A stretch of DNA of 36,621 nt, from positions 34,317,390 to 34,354,010 of the forward strand of contig NC_068989.1 of the NCBI RefSeq assembly GCF_001194135.2. The letters are read 5' to 3'. Positions 1 to 11,660 of this stretch are shown here, piece after piece. The translations under genes were made by a program, and so were the position numbers. The stretch's first letter is position 1. Every line of letters begins with the position of its first letter. Source of the DNA: Octopus bimaculoides (taxonomy: Eukaryota). The notes under the pieces were generated by a model. It was not told the DNA's origin and searched no databases. It saw only the letters and a list, made by a program, of their open reading frames with translations.

Positions 1-793
1 ATCTTAGAAAAGTCTTTTTTGAAAAGAACATGAATTTTATTAATTTCTCATAACTACGTCTAGAAATCATTATTACAACATTAGATAATAAAACTCTAGT
101 AATAAGTTTTGTGTTATGTATTGGGTGTGTCTTTTATTTGCTAAACCATTATCTATAGGATTTGTCTCATTTTTTAAAAAGTGCTTAACGCTAAAAGGAA
201 GTACTTACTTATACAAACAATAAGTTCTTTGCAAAAGCACATCCTACGTCGTGTTGTAATATAGGTTCAAATAGAATTTTTGAATTATAACTTACTTTTT
301 CTATACGTACCCAACCCCCATCTCTCTTTCATTCATTCCCCCCCCCCTTTGTGCTTGATATTTTGTTGCTTTTGTTATTTGCTTATTTAATTTCATGACT
401 AGAGTATCACCACGAAAAAAATAACGAATTCTAATGTGATCTGTTAAATATGCATTCTCTTTCTTCGCTTAAAAGTTTATAAACTTTCTATTTACACATA
501 ATCATTATCTCTTTCGACTTATTTACCACCAAATCCCTTTATCTATATACTTATTCCATTGTTTGTCAGTTCTTCACATACGGCAGAACTTTTTCTTATG
601 GGCCTCATTTTATCATTGATTGAGTGAGTGGGAGGGCAATTATGTGTAAGTAGATGTGGGCCATTTTAAATCTCAAATGTGAAATAAGGAATTTCAGAGA
701 CAAAACGTTCATTGTAGTTTTTAAATTTACAATACACAAGACAACAAAAGCATAATATAAAAGCTACTCATGTGCTTGCGTGTGCGTATCTGT

Positions 794-854
794 AAGAAAA
801 TTAGGAAATGGAGACATAGCATTTAATTATCAGAAAGGGATAAATAATTTCTAA

Positions 855-897
<43 letters not shown>

Positions 898-1040
898 TTG
901 TTGTTTATGTTTATAATCATAATGCAATAAAGTTTAATTAAATAAATGAATAAATAGCAAATCCAGAATAATATGGAAAGAGGGTTTAAGCAGATACTAA
1001 ATTTTTATTAAATGCTACATCTCCATTTCCTAATTTTCTT
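794..1040. repeat. 34-bp inverted repeat pair flanking a (TAA)n tract (MITE-like remnant)
   Basis: AAGAAAATTAGGAAATGGAGACATAGCATTTAAT (794-827) matches the reverse complement of 1007-1040 with 2 mismatches; (TAA)n at about 858-896. Confidence 0.6.
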
Positions 1041-1932
1041 TTAAATGATTATAAACCATGATTTATATTTAGACCTATTATTTTATGAATGTTATTATTC
1101 ATAACAAATATTAGGTAATGAACCAGTAATTCATTGGGTATTACCATCCCTTAATGAGGCTAATTTAATCTCTAATTGAATTCTATAAACTATTTATGTA
1201 TCTATCTAACTCTTTTATATTAGGTGCTTGTCTCCCCCTTGTAAACATAAGGACACAGGAAATGTGTCAAGGCCGACAGGAAGCAGAGCTGCTTCCTAGG
1301 GCTAAATAGCTGTAGTATTATTTCCTTCATGGGACTGTCACATTAAGTTGACAGCATACATCTACTTATATATATNNNNNNNNNNNNNNNNNNNNNNNNN
1401 NNNNNNNNNNNNNNNNNNNNNNNNNNNNNNNNNNNNNNNNNNNNNNNNNNNNNNNNNNNNNNNNNNNNNNNNNNNNNNNNNNNNNNNNNNNNNNNNNNNN
1501 NNNNNNNNNNNNNNNNNNNNNNNNNNNNNNNNNNNNNNNNNNNNNNNNNNNNNNNNNNNNNNNNNNNNNNNNNNNNNNNNNNNAAACAAATGCGCATTTG
1601 TCTTGCTTCTATATGTTGGTTCCCTGACGATGAATATATGTGGAATTCCAGCAGCTCTTACTTCTTTGGAGTAGAGTGCACATATATTTTGAAACATATG
1701 TAGGAATTAAAGGAACTTTTATTTATATGCGTTTTGCTCCATTTATTGTTATTATTCACATCTACTCAAAATGCATCACTTTAACTTGGTATCTCTACCT
1801 ATAAAACGGGTGTGATATCCTGGTTTTTTTGTGTAATTTTTGCTACCCATGGTAACTATTAACATATTTAGATTGTCAAGGTTTTTTTAAACTGGGATAA
1901 TATTAATATATACATAAACTTGTGACAATTGT

Positions 1933-2199
1933 GGAGGTGCAATGGCCCAGTGGTTAAGGTAGTGGATTCGTGGTCATGGAATCGCGGTTTCGATTGTGAG
2001 TGTTTATTGAGCGAAAACACCTAAAGCTCCACGAGGCTCCGGCAGGGGGTAGTGGCAAACATCACAACTTTCTCTCACTCTTTCTTCCTGTTTCTGTCAC
2101 GCTAAATCTGCCTGAGAACTACGTTAAAGGTACACGTGTCTGTGTTAGCCACTTGCACGTTAATTTCACGAGCAGTTGATCGGATCTGACAGAGTGCCA
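1933..2199 (+). mobile_element. tRNA-derived SINE (internally deleted copy)
   Basis: tRNA-like head with A-box TGGCCCAGTGG and degenerate B-box GGTTTCGATT; body resembles an abundant cephalopod SINE (recognition); possible 10-bp TSD TGTGACAATT at 1921-1930 and 2206-2215. Confidence 0.75.
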
Positions 2200-2201
2200 T
2201 G

Positions 2202-2706
2202 AATATGTGACAATTATTCGGTTGCCATAATAAAACTCTGAGTTTCAAATGTTGGGGCGGAAACCTGCACTGGCATCTCTTCAGTTATTGAAGCAATTAA
2301 AAAATGCTATGAAAATGACCGTTAAACAAAGGGAAATTACTATGTAAATGACCGTTATTAAGACAAAAGAGCTATTAGAATGACCGTTAAATAAGGGAAA
2401 AACCCAAGGGAAGTAAGTAAAAAGTAAAGGAGTAAGAAAGCTCATAGCAATCGCGTGTGCGCCCATGTACATACTCATGCATGCATGCACACCCACATAC
2501 TTTTTACTTATTTCCCTTGGGTTTTTCCCTTATTTAACGGTCATTCTAATAGCTCTTTTGTCTTAATTATGGTCATTTACATAGTAATTTCCCTTTCATA
2601 GCATATTTTAATTGCTTCGATAACTGAAGAGACGCCAGTGCAGGTTTCTGCCCCAACATCCGAAACTCGGAGTTTTATTGTGGCAACCGAATAATTGTCA
2701 CATATT
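2202..2706. mobile_element. Fold-back / MITE-like element with about 210-225 bp inverted arms
   Basis: Arm 2202-2426 is the reverse complement of 2498-2706 (e.g. ATATGTGACAATTATTCGGTTGCC / GGCAACCGAATAATTGTCACATAT); 71-bp spacer; non-coding. Confidence 0.8.
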
Positions 2707-3558
2707 ATATTACAAATAAATTCCTCTATTTACATAATATCAAGGTCTCTTTCATTCTTTTGGTGTCCTACCATTACTATTAATATATATATATATTATA
2801 TAACTACTAGATATGTGGAAAATCAGTGTGTTTGTTTGTGGCACTGTTAGCTATACAGCCCCTGGAAGGGACCTTTATATCTAACTCAAATAACTATTTT
2901 TTAAAACACCCAAGGGGAATAACCCATAGCACCTACACAATATTTTTTTAAACACTCAAGGAAAATAACCTATTTCATTGTTTATGTTCGATTACTTTGA
3001 ATATTGATTTATTGTGTCCAATTTATAATTTTTGCAGACAATATCACTTTATTTGACATGCGAGTAGAACTCATGTCTGGAAACCTCGTGACATACTTAG
3101 ATTGTTGAAAAAATCAATAGGGCCCCTCCAATGGATCCTTCTATCTACTTCATATTACTAGTGTTTTATTTAAACAACCCAAGGGAAATAACCCATACCG
3201 CTTACAGTTTTTAGCGAAGCGATCAATATTTCTCACAATCAGCCGACCTAATTCTGCATTTCACTACTCACAGTTTTGAACTGCTAAACATTATTGCACT
3301 TCCTTAATTTGAATCGTAAACCTTAAAGACTTCATTCATACATCTCTAATACATGTATACTTTTTTGAATGCCCATCACTCCGATAATTCTGCATGGTTA
3401 GTTACACTTTTTCCATGACAACAGATAAATTTTTTATTCGACAACGTATTTGTAGTGACTTCATGCAGGCATAGCGTGGATTCGATCCTCGATTGCCAAA
3501 TTTCACTTAACACTTCAACAGCACTTGTCTCGCGGTATAACAATAGTTTTTCTGTGAA

Positions 3559-3960
3559 TGACAGCAGTTATACATTCCCTAGATGCCTTCGCTAAGCAGA
3601 ATAATGTCTTTGCCACTTGACCATTCTAACCTCTTCCAGGCCACCACTGGCTGGAATGCAGATAAGACCTCCAACGAAATCATTTGTTCTCAACAATATG
3701 TCTATTCTTCTGGCTGCTTTTAGATAGTTATAAAAACAAGAACTCCGTAAGCTAAAGGCAGTTACTGAGAGCGACCATCAGTGAGTATGAACATTATTAT
3801 TGCACTTTCTTCAAACACTTCATTCATATATTTATATAACCTCTCTCACCAACCTCCGAGAATCTTTCTCCTCAACCTTCAAAAACCTCTCTCGCCAACC
3901 TCCAGCAATTTCTCCCTCCTCCAGCTGACAGTTTTTTTGTACTTTTCATGACAGAAAATA
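3559..3960 (+). mobile_element. Partial LTR related to LTRs at 20150 and 24264
   Basis: 3559-3780 aligns with 24264-24480 (TGACAGCAGTTA..AGATGCCTTCGCTAAGCAGAATAATGTCTTTG..GATAGTTATAAAAACAAGAACTCCGTAAG); contains TATAAAA. The right boundary is approximate. Confidence 0.6.
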
Positions 3961-4028
3961 CACCTTTTGCGGCAGTTATAACGAAATTGCTTTCTTATAT
4001 CAGAGTAATAAGGTGTTTNNNNNNNNNN

Positions 4029-4084
<56 letters not shown>

Positions 4085-4221
4085 GATGAAATTATTGATT
4101 GAATGGTGCATGCTCCTGTTTTGATTATATACTAATTCCTTCTTACTATTTACTGTTATAAATAATGTTCTTTGTTACTGAATTATTGCAAATAAAGTTA
4201 ACATGCTGAGAAAAGTAATGA

Positions 4222-4425
4222 GTGGCTTCTAAATTTGGCACAAGGCCAGCAATATTGAGAAGAATGGTTAGTCGATTACATCAATCCTTAATGCTTGACT
4301 GGTAATTTCATTTGATCGACCTCAGAGGAATGAAAAATGAGGTGAACCTCAGTAGAATTTGAGAACATAAAGAGCTGGAAGAAACCCAGCAAAACATTTT
4401 GTCTGATGCTCTAACGATTCTGCCA
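4222..4425 (-). mobile_element. tRNA-derived SINE, degenerate (same family as 21899-22126)
   Basis: Reverse complement aligns to the SINE head at 21899 (TGGCAGAATCGTTAG..GAGGTCGA..AGTACCAGT). Confidence 0.65.
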
Positions 4426-4499
4426 TATTGGCACAGAGGACAAATCGAATCCACTGACTGGTACTTATTTGGGCTTCGAAAAAATGAAAAGCAAGGTGA

Positions 4500-4753
4500 T
4501 TCCAAGAGAGACCTGCAAGACATGGATATAGAGGTCTACAAAACAAAACCCGACACTTTCCTAACCACAATACCAGGCGAACCAATGGCACAAAAAGAGA
4601 CACAGTTGAGGGCAGTGATGTCAAATTGTCTTATACACCAGATGTGCCTTCGAAAGTCTTGATTGGACAACATCAGGTGGCGAGGAAGAATCATGCAAGG
4701 AACGTGCACAGAACACAGCATAAGGAGGGAAAGTCATGGTGGTGCTCCAGCAC
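4500..4753 (+). mobile_element. CR1-like LINE, 3' end of ORF2 plus 3' UTR
   Basis: RDLQDMDIEVYKTKPDTFLTTIPGEP..QLRAVMSNCLIHQM is homologous to KDLRDLHAVDVDVLKTKLD..QMRAVASNSLMHQM at 8255-8400; both are followed by GGTGGTG..CCAGCA. Confidence 0.7.
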
Positions 4754-4894
4754 NNNNNNNNNNNNNNNNNNNNNNNNNNNNNNNNNNNNNNNNNNNNNNN
4801 NNNNNNNNNNNNNNNNNNNNNNNNNNNNNNNNNNNNNNNNNNNNNNNNNNNNNATATGTACATACCTACATATATATGTATATATACATGCATA

Positions 4895-5135
4895 TATGGT
4901 TACCTGAAAAAAATGTGAACAATATGAAAAACGAGAACATAAAAAAACAACAAAAACATGGAAGAGAAACCGGAAGATCTTGGCCTTACACCAACAGCAG
5001 CAGAAAGTGCGGTCTCTGCAATATAGGCAGTTGGATCATCTGGAAAAGTTCTTTAGACCCCGCTACATGTTTAAATTCAAGAACTGAACTTTTTAGGTCA
5101 TGTCCACATATGGCAAAACATTTGTTACGTTTTTG
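4895..5135 (+). pseudogene. Penelope-like element, GIY-YIG endonuclease C-terminal relic
   Basis: PYTNSSRKCGLCN..TCLNSRTELFRSCPHMAKHLL matches the typical PLE C-terminus pattern PY..G...C.LC..EK..I....LN.R.EL...C.H..K.LL. Confidence 0.6.
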
Positions 5136-5231
5136 GACCCCGCCGCCCAAGATCACAGTTAGAACCTGCTTTTTATATTATTTCCATGTACAAGCCTTTC
5201 ATATGTCTTAACATTTCTTATATATTTTTTA

Positions 5232-5875
5232 TTGCTTTATATATTTTTCTGTATATTATTTTTCACCTTTTATAATTGTCTAACTATATATGCGTGTAGT
5301 ATATATCAAATTTGTATGTGCGTGCTTATATACATGTGTACGAATGATTGTATATATACGAGTGTAAAACACTACCAGTTGTACCTGTCTCCTTCCTTCA
5401 TACATATATGTATGTATATATCTGCAGGTGTAAATGTCTTTGACAGACAGGAGGGTGTGTTTCTGTACATTCATAAATAACTGATATGTATTTTCACGTT
5501 TTGAGGTGATGTGAATGTTTTGCAGTTTTTTGAGTATGTGCTTTCATTTGTATACATGTCTATCCGCATATGTATGTTCCTGTGTGTATAGACTACATTT
5601 TGTATATCCATGTATGTATGTGCATGAGCATATAGAGATGTGTATACGAACATAATGATGCATGCATGGGTATATATACGTATGTATGTGGATGTATTGT
5701 ATGTATGTATGTATGTTTACATATGTACAGACAGATATATATATGTGTGTGTTTGTATGTATATGTACATGCATGTGTGAGTATGTATATAAATATATAC
5801 ACACGTGTGTGTATGTGTGTGCATATGTGTATGTATATGCATACATGTGTGCATATGCAGATTCTATGAATGAAG
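5232..5875. repeat. Degenerate (TA/TG/CA) low-complexity tract
   Basis: Runs of TATG/TGTG/ATAT; source of the spurious Y/I/H/T-rich ORFs. Confidence 0.85.
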
Positions 5876-5894
5876 TTTTACTTTCCCCACACCT

Positions 5895-6033
5895 ATTGGA
5901 GTAATTTCCCCTTTATTCAACGGCCGTTTTTATAGCGTTTATGTTTGTCTTAATAACTGATGAGATGCCAGAGCAGACTTCAGCCCTGGCACCCGAAACT
6001 CTGAGTTTTATTATGACAACCAACTAAATGTCA
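5895..6033. mobile_element. Single diverged arm of the fold-back element at 2202-2706
   Basis: AACTGATGAGATGCCAG..CCCGAAACTCTGAGTTTTATTATGACAACC..TGTCACA aligns with 2623-2702. Confidence 0.7.
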
Positions 6034-6142
6034 CACACACACAAACACACATATATATATACATATACACACATATATATATATACATATATATATACAC
6101 ACACACACATATATATAAACATATATACACATATATATATAT

Positions 6143-6333
6143 GCCGGTGGCACGTAAAAGCACCTACTACACTCTCGGAGTGGTTGACGTTAGGAAGGGC
6201 GTCCAGCTGTAGAAACTCTGCCAAATCAGATTGGAGCCTGGTGTAGCCATCTGGTTTCACCAGACCTCAGTCAAATCGTCCAACCCATGCTAGCATGGAA
6301 AGTGGACGTTAAACGACGATGATGATGATGATG
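6143..6333 (+). mobile_element. Retroposon 3' tail (SINE or RTE-type LINE 3' end) ending in (GAT)n
   Basis: GCCGGTGGCACGTAAAAGCACC..CCCATGCTAGCATGGAAAGTGGACGTTAAACGAC(GAT)n; a common cephalopod repeat (recognition). Confidence 0.7.
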
Positions 6334-6407
6334 ACATATATATACATATACACATATATATACATATACATATATATACATATATACATATATATACATA
6401 CATATTC

Positions 6408-6439
<32 letters not shown>

Positions 6440-7106
6440 ATACATACATATATATATATATATACACATATATACATACATATATATATATATACACACA
6501 TATATACATACATATATATATACACACATATATACATACATATATANNNNNNNNNNNNNNNNNNNNNNNNNNNNNNNNNNNNNNNNNNNNNNNNNNNNNN
6601 NNNNNNNNNNNNNNNNNNNNNNNNNNNNNNNNNNNNNNNNNNNNNNNNNNNNNNNNNNNNNNNNNNNNNNNNNNNNNNNNNNNNNNNNNNNNNNNNNNNN
6701 NNNNNNNNNNNNNNNNNNNNNNNNNNNNNNNNNNNNNNNNNNNNNNNNNNNNNNNNNNNNNNNNNNNNNNNNNNNNNNNNNNNNNNNNNNNNNNNNNNNN
6801 NNNNNNNNNNNNNNNNNNNNNNNNNNNNNNNNNNNNNNNNNNNNNNNNNNNNNNNNNNNNNNNNNNNNNNNNNNNNNNNNNNNNNNNNNNNNNNNNNNNN
6901 NNNNNNNNNNNNNNNNNNNNNNNNNNNNNNNNNNNNNNNNNNNNNNNNNNNNNNNNNNNNNNNNNNNNNNNNNNNNNNNNNNNNNNNNNNNNNNNNNNNN
7001 NNNNNNNNNNNNNNNNNATATACATACATATGTATATATATATATATATATATATATTGTATACATATACATATATATATATATATATAGATATATATAT
7101 ATACAG

Positions 7107-7139
<33 letters not shown>

Positions 7140-7160
7140 CATACATATATATATACATAC

Positions 7161-7225
<65 letters not shown>

Positions 7226-7306
7226 CACAGATACATATATATACATATGTATATATATACATACATATATATATACATACATATATATACATATATCTAT
7301 ATATAT
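6334..7306. repeat. Long (TA)/(TACA) microsatellite containing an assembly gap (N 6547-7017)
   Basis: Seen directly in the sequence. Confidence 0.95.
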
Positions 7307-7495
7307 TCAAGTTGAGGATCTTAGATCCACATTAGGGATCATATAATCCGAAAAGTTCCTGTGGTTAGTCACTATCATATAAGGAGACAGCCTCTACAAT
7401 ATGTTAGTGATTATTGTAGTAATACATATTAATATTGAAAGGAGAAAAATGGATGCATGAATAATTTATTTGTATGAATATACATACATATATAT

Positions 7496-8500
7496 AGGGA
7501 CTCTTCTGAGTCCACTACTGTCCATAATGGCCCTCTCAGTTTTGCCCTCAGCCACACAGTGATTCACAATCACAAGTTATGCAAATGATACAAAAGTCTC
7601 ACAGGTGATGCAGAACCCTGAAGTCACTATGCACCTACAGCATGAGTTAGATGAAAAATATAAGTGGGCTATAAGAATAGTATGCAAAACTAAATGCAAT
7701 AATGGATTAAATACACTGGACCTGGAGGGATTGCAATCCCAGAGACACAGTCAGTGCAAGACCTGGGCATTTATATGAGTAATGATGCATCCTTCAATGT
7801 GCATGTTGTTATGTTGGCAATGAAATACAAGCAGCTAACCAGATAGATTCTTAAAACTTTTAAAACGAGAGATCAGGGAACCATGATTGTCCTCTAGAGG
7901 ATATTTGTCCGAAGCCACTTTGACTATTGCTCCCAGCTATGGTCACCAACCAGTGTAAAATTAGTTGCAGAACTTGAGGCAATCCAACGAAGCTATACAA
8001 AGAAGATAGCCTCTAAGCAGCATATAAGCTACTGGGAAAGACTTAAGAGATTGAGACTCTATTCTCTGAAGTGTAGATGAGAAAGATCTGGAAGATTCTG
8101 GAGGGACTTGTCCCAAACTTTGGCATTGAGAGTTACACTAACGCTAGGGCAGGGCACCACTGCATAGCGTCAAAGACTTCAACTTTACCATCAAAATACA
8201 GGACAAGATATTGTAGCCTTGATTTTAAAGTCCCACAACTCTTCAACATCCTCCTGAAGGACCTGAGAGACCTACATGCGGTGGATGTAGATGTCTTAAA
8301 AACAAAACTAGATCTCTTACTGTTAAGATGAACTAACTTTACAGCAGGAAGTGCAAATGAGGGCAGTGGCATCAAACTCCCTCATGCACCAAATGTCGAG
8401 TTCTAAAAAGAATTGGTAAAATAAAAATTATGTAGCAACACAGAGTGGTGGTGACCCAGCATGGCCACAGCTCATGAGCTGAAACTAGTTCAATTCAGTT
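7496..8500 (+). mobile_element. 5'-truncated CR1-like LINE (degenerate RT C-terminal half and 3' end)
   Basis: GTLLSPLL..SYANDTK (RT motifs, YADD decayed); FDYCSQLWSP..LEAIQRSYTKKI..YWERLKRLRLYSL; QLFNILLKDLRDLH; stops and frameshifts present. Confidence 0.85.
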
Positions 8501-8552
8501 CATTCAATTCACACACACACACACATGATAGATAGATAGATATTCACATGTA

Positions 8553-8737
8553 TACTCTTTTACTTGTTTCAGTCATTTGACTGCGGCCATGCTGGAGCAC
8601 TGCCTTTAGTCAAACAAATCGACCCCAGGACTTATTCTTTGTAAGCCTAGTACTTATTCTATCGAGCTCTCTTTTTAAACACACCACGATTGGTTGTCAA
8701 GCGATGTTGGGGGGGACAAACACAGACACATAAACAT

Positions 8738-8792
<55 letters not shown>

Positions 8793-8964
8793 CATATATA
8801 CGATGGGCTTCTTTCAGTTTCTGTCTACCAAATCCACTCACAAGGCTTTGGTCGGCCTGAGGCTATAGTAGAAGACATTTGCCCAAGGTGCCACACAGTG
8901 GGAATGAACCCAGAACCATGTGGTTGGTAAGCAAGCTACTTACCACACAGCCACTCCTGCGCCT
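8553..8964 (-). mobile_element. tRNA-derived SINE with internal (CA)/(TA) microsatellite
   Basis: Minus-strand head AGGCGCAGGAGTGGCTGTGTGG (A box)..GGGTTCATTCCC (B box); same family as 34040-34368. Confidence 0.85.
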
Positions 8965-8976
8965 ATATTCAAATTC

Positions 8977-9121
8977 ATATAAGTGGGCTATAAGAATAGT
9001 ATGCAAAACTAAATGCAATAATGGATTAAATACACTGGACCTGGAGGGATTGCAATCCCAGACACAGTCAGTGCGAGACCTGGGCATTTATATGAGTAAT
9101 GATGCATCCTTCAATGTGCAT
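8977..9121 (+). repeat. Local copy of LINE segment 7658-7804
   Basis: 145 bp matching 7658-7804 except one 2-bp indel and one substitution; flanked by GC(G/A)CCTATATTCA at 8959-8971 and 9125-9137. Confidence 0.9.
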
Positions 9122-9310
9122 TTTGCACCTATATTCATATACATATTCATGTATATATATATATATATTCACCTATTCATATACATATATTCACATATAT
9201 ATTCATATATATATTCATGTACACGCACACACATATGTTCATCTATCTATGTCTGTAATATATTAGCTCTAAATCTTGTCTCACGTGTTTAAGCACTAAA
9301 TCACGGAGTC

Positions 9311-9391
<81 letters not shown>

Positions 9392-9414
9392 NNNNNNNNN
9401 NNNNNNNNNNNNNN

Positions 9415-9460
<46 letters not shown>

Positions 9461-9519
9461 GAGAGAGAGAGATGTGTGCATCGTGAGAAGAATGGCGAAA
9501 GAATGTTTGTCATACTTAC

Positions 9520-9724
9520 AACGGATACCTTTCATCACTTTCCCACAGAATCCTACTGGTGGTTTAGGAGGTTCTTTCTGTTCATTGAATTTACTGCCGT
9601 ACATACCCGGTTCCATACCGTATGATTGATTACTATCATTAGATGTGGGAACTAAACCCAAATCGTCATTACTTTGCCATGCTTTACGAGATTGGGCACT
9701 AGCAGGGCGGCTGGTCCCTGACAT
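9520..9724 (-). CDS. First coding exon of a host gene, probably polycystin-2 / TRPP (PKD2 or PKD2L1-like) channel
   Basis: ATG at 9724 in ACC-ATG context; 68 codons MSGTSRPASAQSRKAWQS..KEPPKPPVGFCGKVMKGIR plus 1 nt, then canonical donor GTAAGT (9519-9514). The ending C..xxxGIR followed by a phase-1 intron mirrors my recollection of PKD2/PKD2L1 exon 1 (G(I/L)RG|LWGT). Exon reality about 0.8; family identity about 0.55. Confidence 0.65.
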
Positions 9725-11464
9725 GGTCAATGTGATAGCTGATCCAAGGAAACGCACGTCTTGTATACGTTAATGTTGTTGCCTTTTTTTGCGAGGGTTA
9801 GTTATTGGTGAGCTTGGGGGTGCTATGATGAAACCAGTATAGAACTGTAGGAACTTTTTGCACTGTGAATGGAACTGGACAGTTAATGACAAATCGGATA
9901 TTAATCTCCGACTATAAAAAGACTGTTTTTTTCCTTAATGTTTACGAAGTCAGTAGCGGTCAGGCAGGCTTGGTAGGAGGATGGTTAGCTGAAGATAGAT
10001 AAGCGTGTGTTGTTGGAATGAGTGGGTTGTTTTGATTAAAAAAGGTGGATATCAATAAACTGTCATGAAATAATGATTAGCTGCTGAAGGACGAGTGAGA
10101 GAGAAAGAGAGACATATAGTGCAGAAACAGAGCGAGAGAGAATTTTGAGGGATGAGGATACAAAGTGTGTATGTTTGAACTTGTTTCATTAGAAGTCTAG
10201 TTCATTATTTTCCTATTAGTTTAGATAACTTTACTAAAGTTCAATTAAGTTTATTTATACATGCATAAATTTAAATATCAATGTAAATAATCTAAGTTGT
10301 ATCAGTGCCAAGTTTGTTACAGTTGCCTGCTTCACATTTGTGTTCCTGCTATAATTATTTCAGTTGTTTTAGTTGGCTGCTAAAACAAAAACAGAATTAA
10401 CTTAACCAAAAGAGGAACAGATATAGGAGAGAGAGTGAAATGTAGACATGTAAAGATACTGAGAAGTTTGGAGTAGTTGTTACTGTTGTTATTTGAATAT
10501 TATTGCTGTTGTTACTAATGTTCCAAAAATGACGTGAACGGATCAACAGAACAAAAATATAATAGAAGTAGAAAGAAATGAAAACAAAGTTGAAGTGATG
10601 GTGGAAGTAGTTCGTAATGATGAGACAGCGAACAGCGTTAACAATATTGGGGACGGTGGGGATTGGAAAAAGCTTTGGGTGACATTGATGGGACTTGTTG
10701 ACGGTGATGATGGTGGTGATTGTAAAAAAGGTAATGATGTGTGGTAAACTGGGAAATAAAAAAAAAAGAGTGAGAATGAAATCAATATTATAAGCTTGTT
10801 GAGTGTATGGCTACAGATGAAAAGAGTAATTTGTATTATTATAATTGGTCAAACAGCATCTTCCCTTCATGTGCTGTAGTGACAGGGCGGTCTTGTTTCT
10901 TAACAAGTCACTCCTTCCTTCAGTAATCCACAATTCATCAAATGACGGTTCCTGGGGAACAAACATAACATTCACTATTGATTTACAAACTCTTCGATAT
11001 TGATTTGTACAGGACAGGACAAGCCTGGTCTAGTTCTTTTCCTGTTTGTTTGTTTAACAGCAAAAATGAATAAGACATGGAAACATAGCAACCGAACTTA
11101 ATCGGCTATGGCAGAAGTCTCTTATTACCACCACCAAGTGAACTTTTACAGCTTCCGTCTGGCTGCCAGTAAAACAAGGCCTAGAATTTGGAGCAGAAAC
11201 GAAGCCTGTTCTTTCTCTCTTTTTTCAAAGTTTTGAAGAACTAGACTTGCTTTTCTTTTAACATTGCGAACTTAACAAGAAATACCAACAAGAAGAAAAG
11301 AAATAGTAGGAGGAAAACTTTTTTCTAAAAGTGAAGAATGTTTAAAGGAAAATATAAATTTAGTAAAAATAATCATTAAATCAAAGTAAAAAAGAAGAAT
11401 GATAGAGTTCAAGAAACCAGGACATATAAAAAAATAAATTAAAAATGTTGTTGTTTATTCTTAG

Positions 11465-11660
11465 CTCAGCCCTCATTGAGCAGTGCGTTCCAAAGGCTTT
11501 CCACCCATAACCATCCAGTTTGATTTTAGAAATAGCGTACCTAGCGTTACATTATTCAATATGCCTCTTCCTTTTCAAAGGCGGTGGTGTGTGATTTGGG
11601 GAAGATTTAGATGCATTTTGTAGCAAGTCCAATAACTGTGAGAGGGCTCCGTCATTGCCT
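11465..11660. repeat. Interspersed repeat (SINE-like), degenerate
   Basis: Recognition only: ..CCATCCAGTT..TACATTATTCAATATGCCTCTTCC..TGTGATTTGGGGAAGATTT. Confidence 0.35.

Noticed and set aside
1224-1700. Second exon of the TRPP-like gene near the first gap
   Set aside because: No frame gives LW(A/G)T or TTLREL, and the splice signals are unconvincing.
1933-2010. tRNA genes (also at 8900-8964 and 21899-21985)
   Set aside because: A/B boxes continue into SINE bodies with tails or TSDs, and no complete cloverleaf is present.
5232-7335. Long Y/I/H/T/C/V-rich ORFs, up to 338 aa
   Set aside because: They are translations of (TA)/(CA)/(TG) microsatellites and N-runs.
10538-10785. Open frames on both strands (D/G/N-rich plus; S/P/T-rich minus)
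   Set aside because: Low complexity, no known motif and no clear splice sites.
11080-11095. RFX X-box (CATAGCAAC) as promoter of a ciliary gene
   Set aside because: Only a half-site matches and the TSS is unknown.
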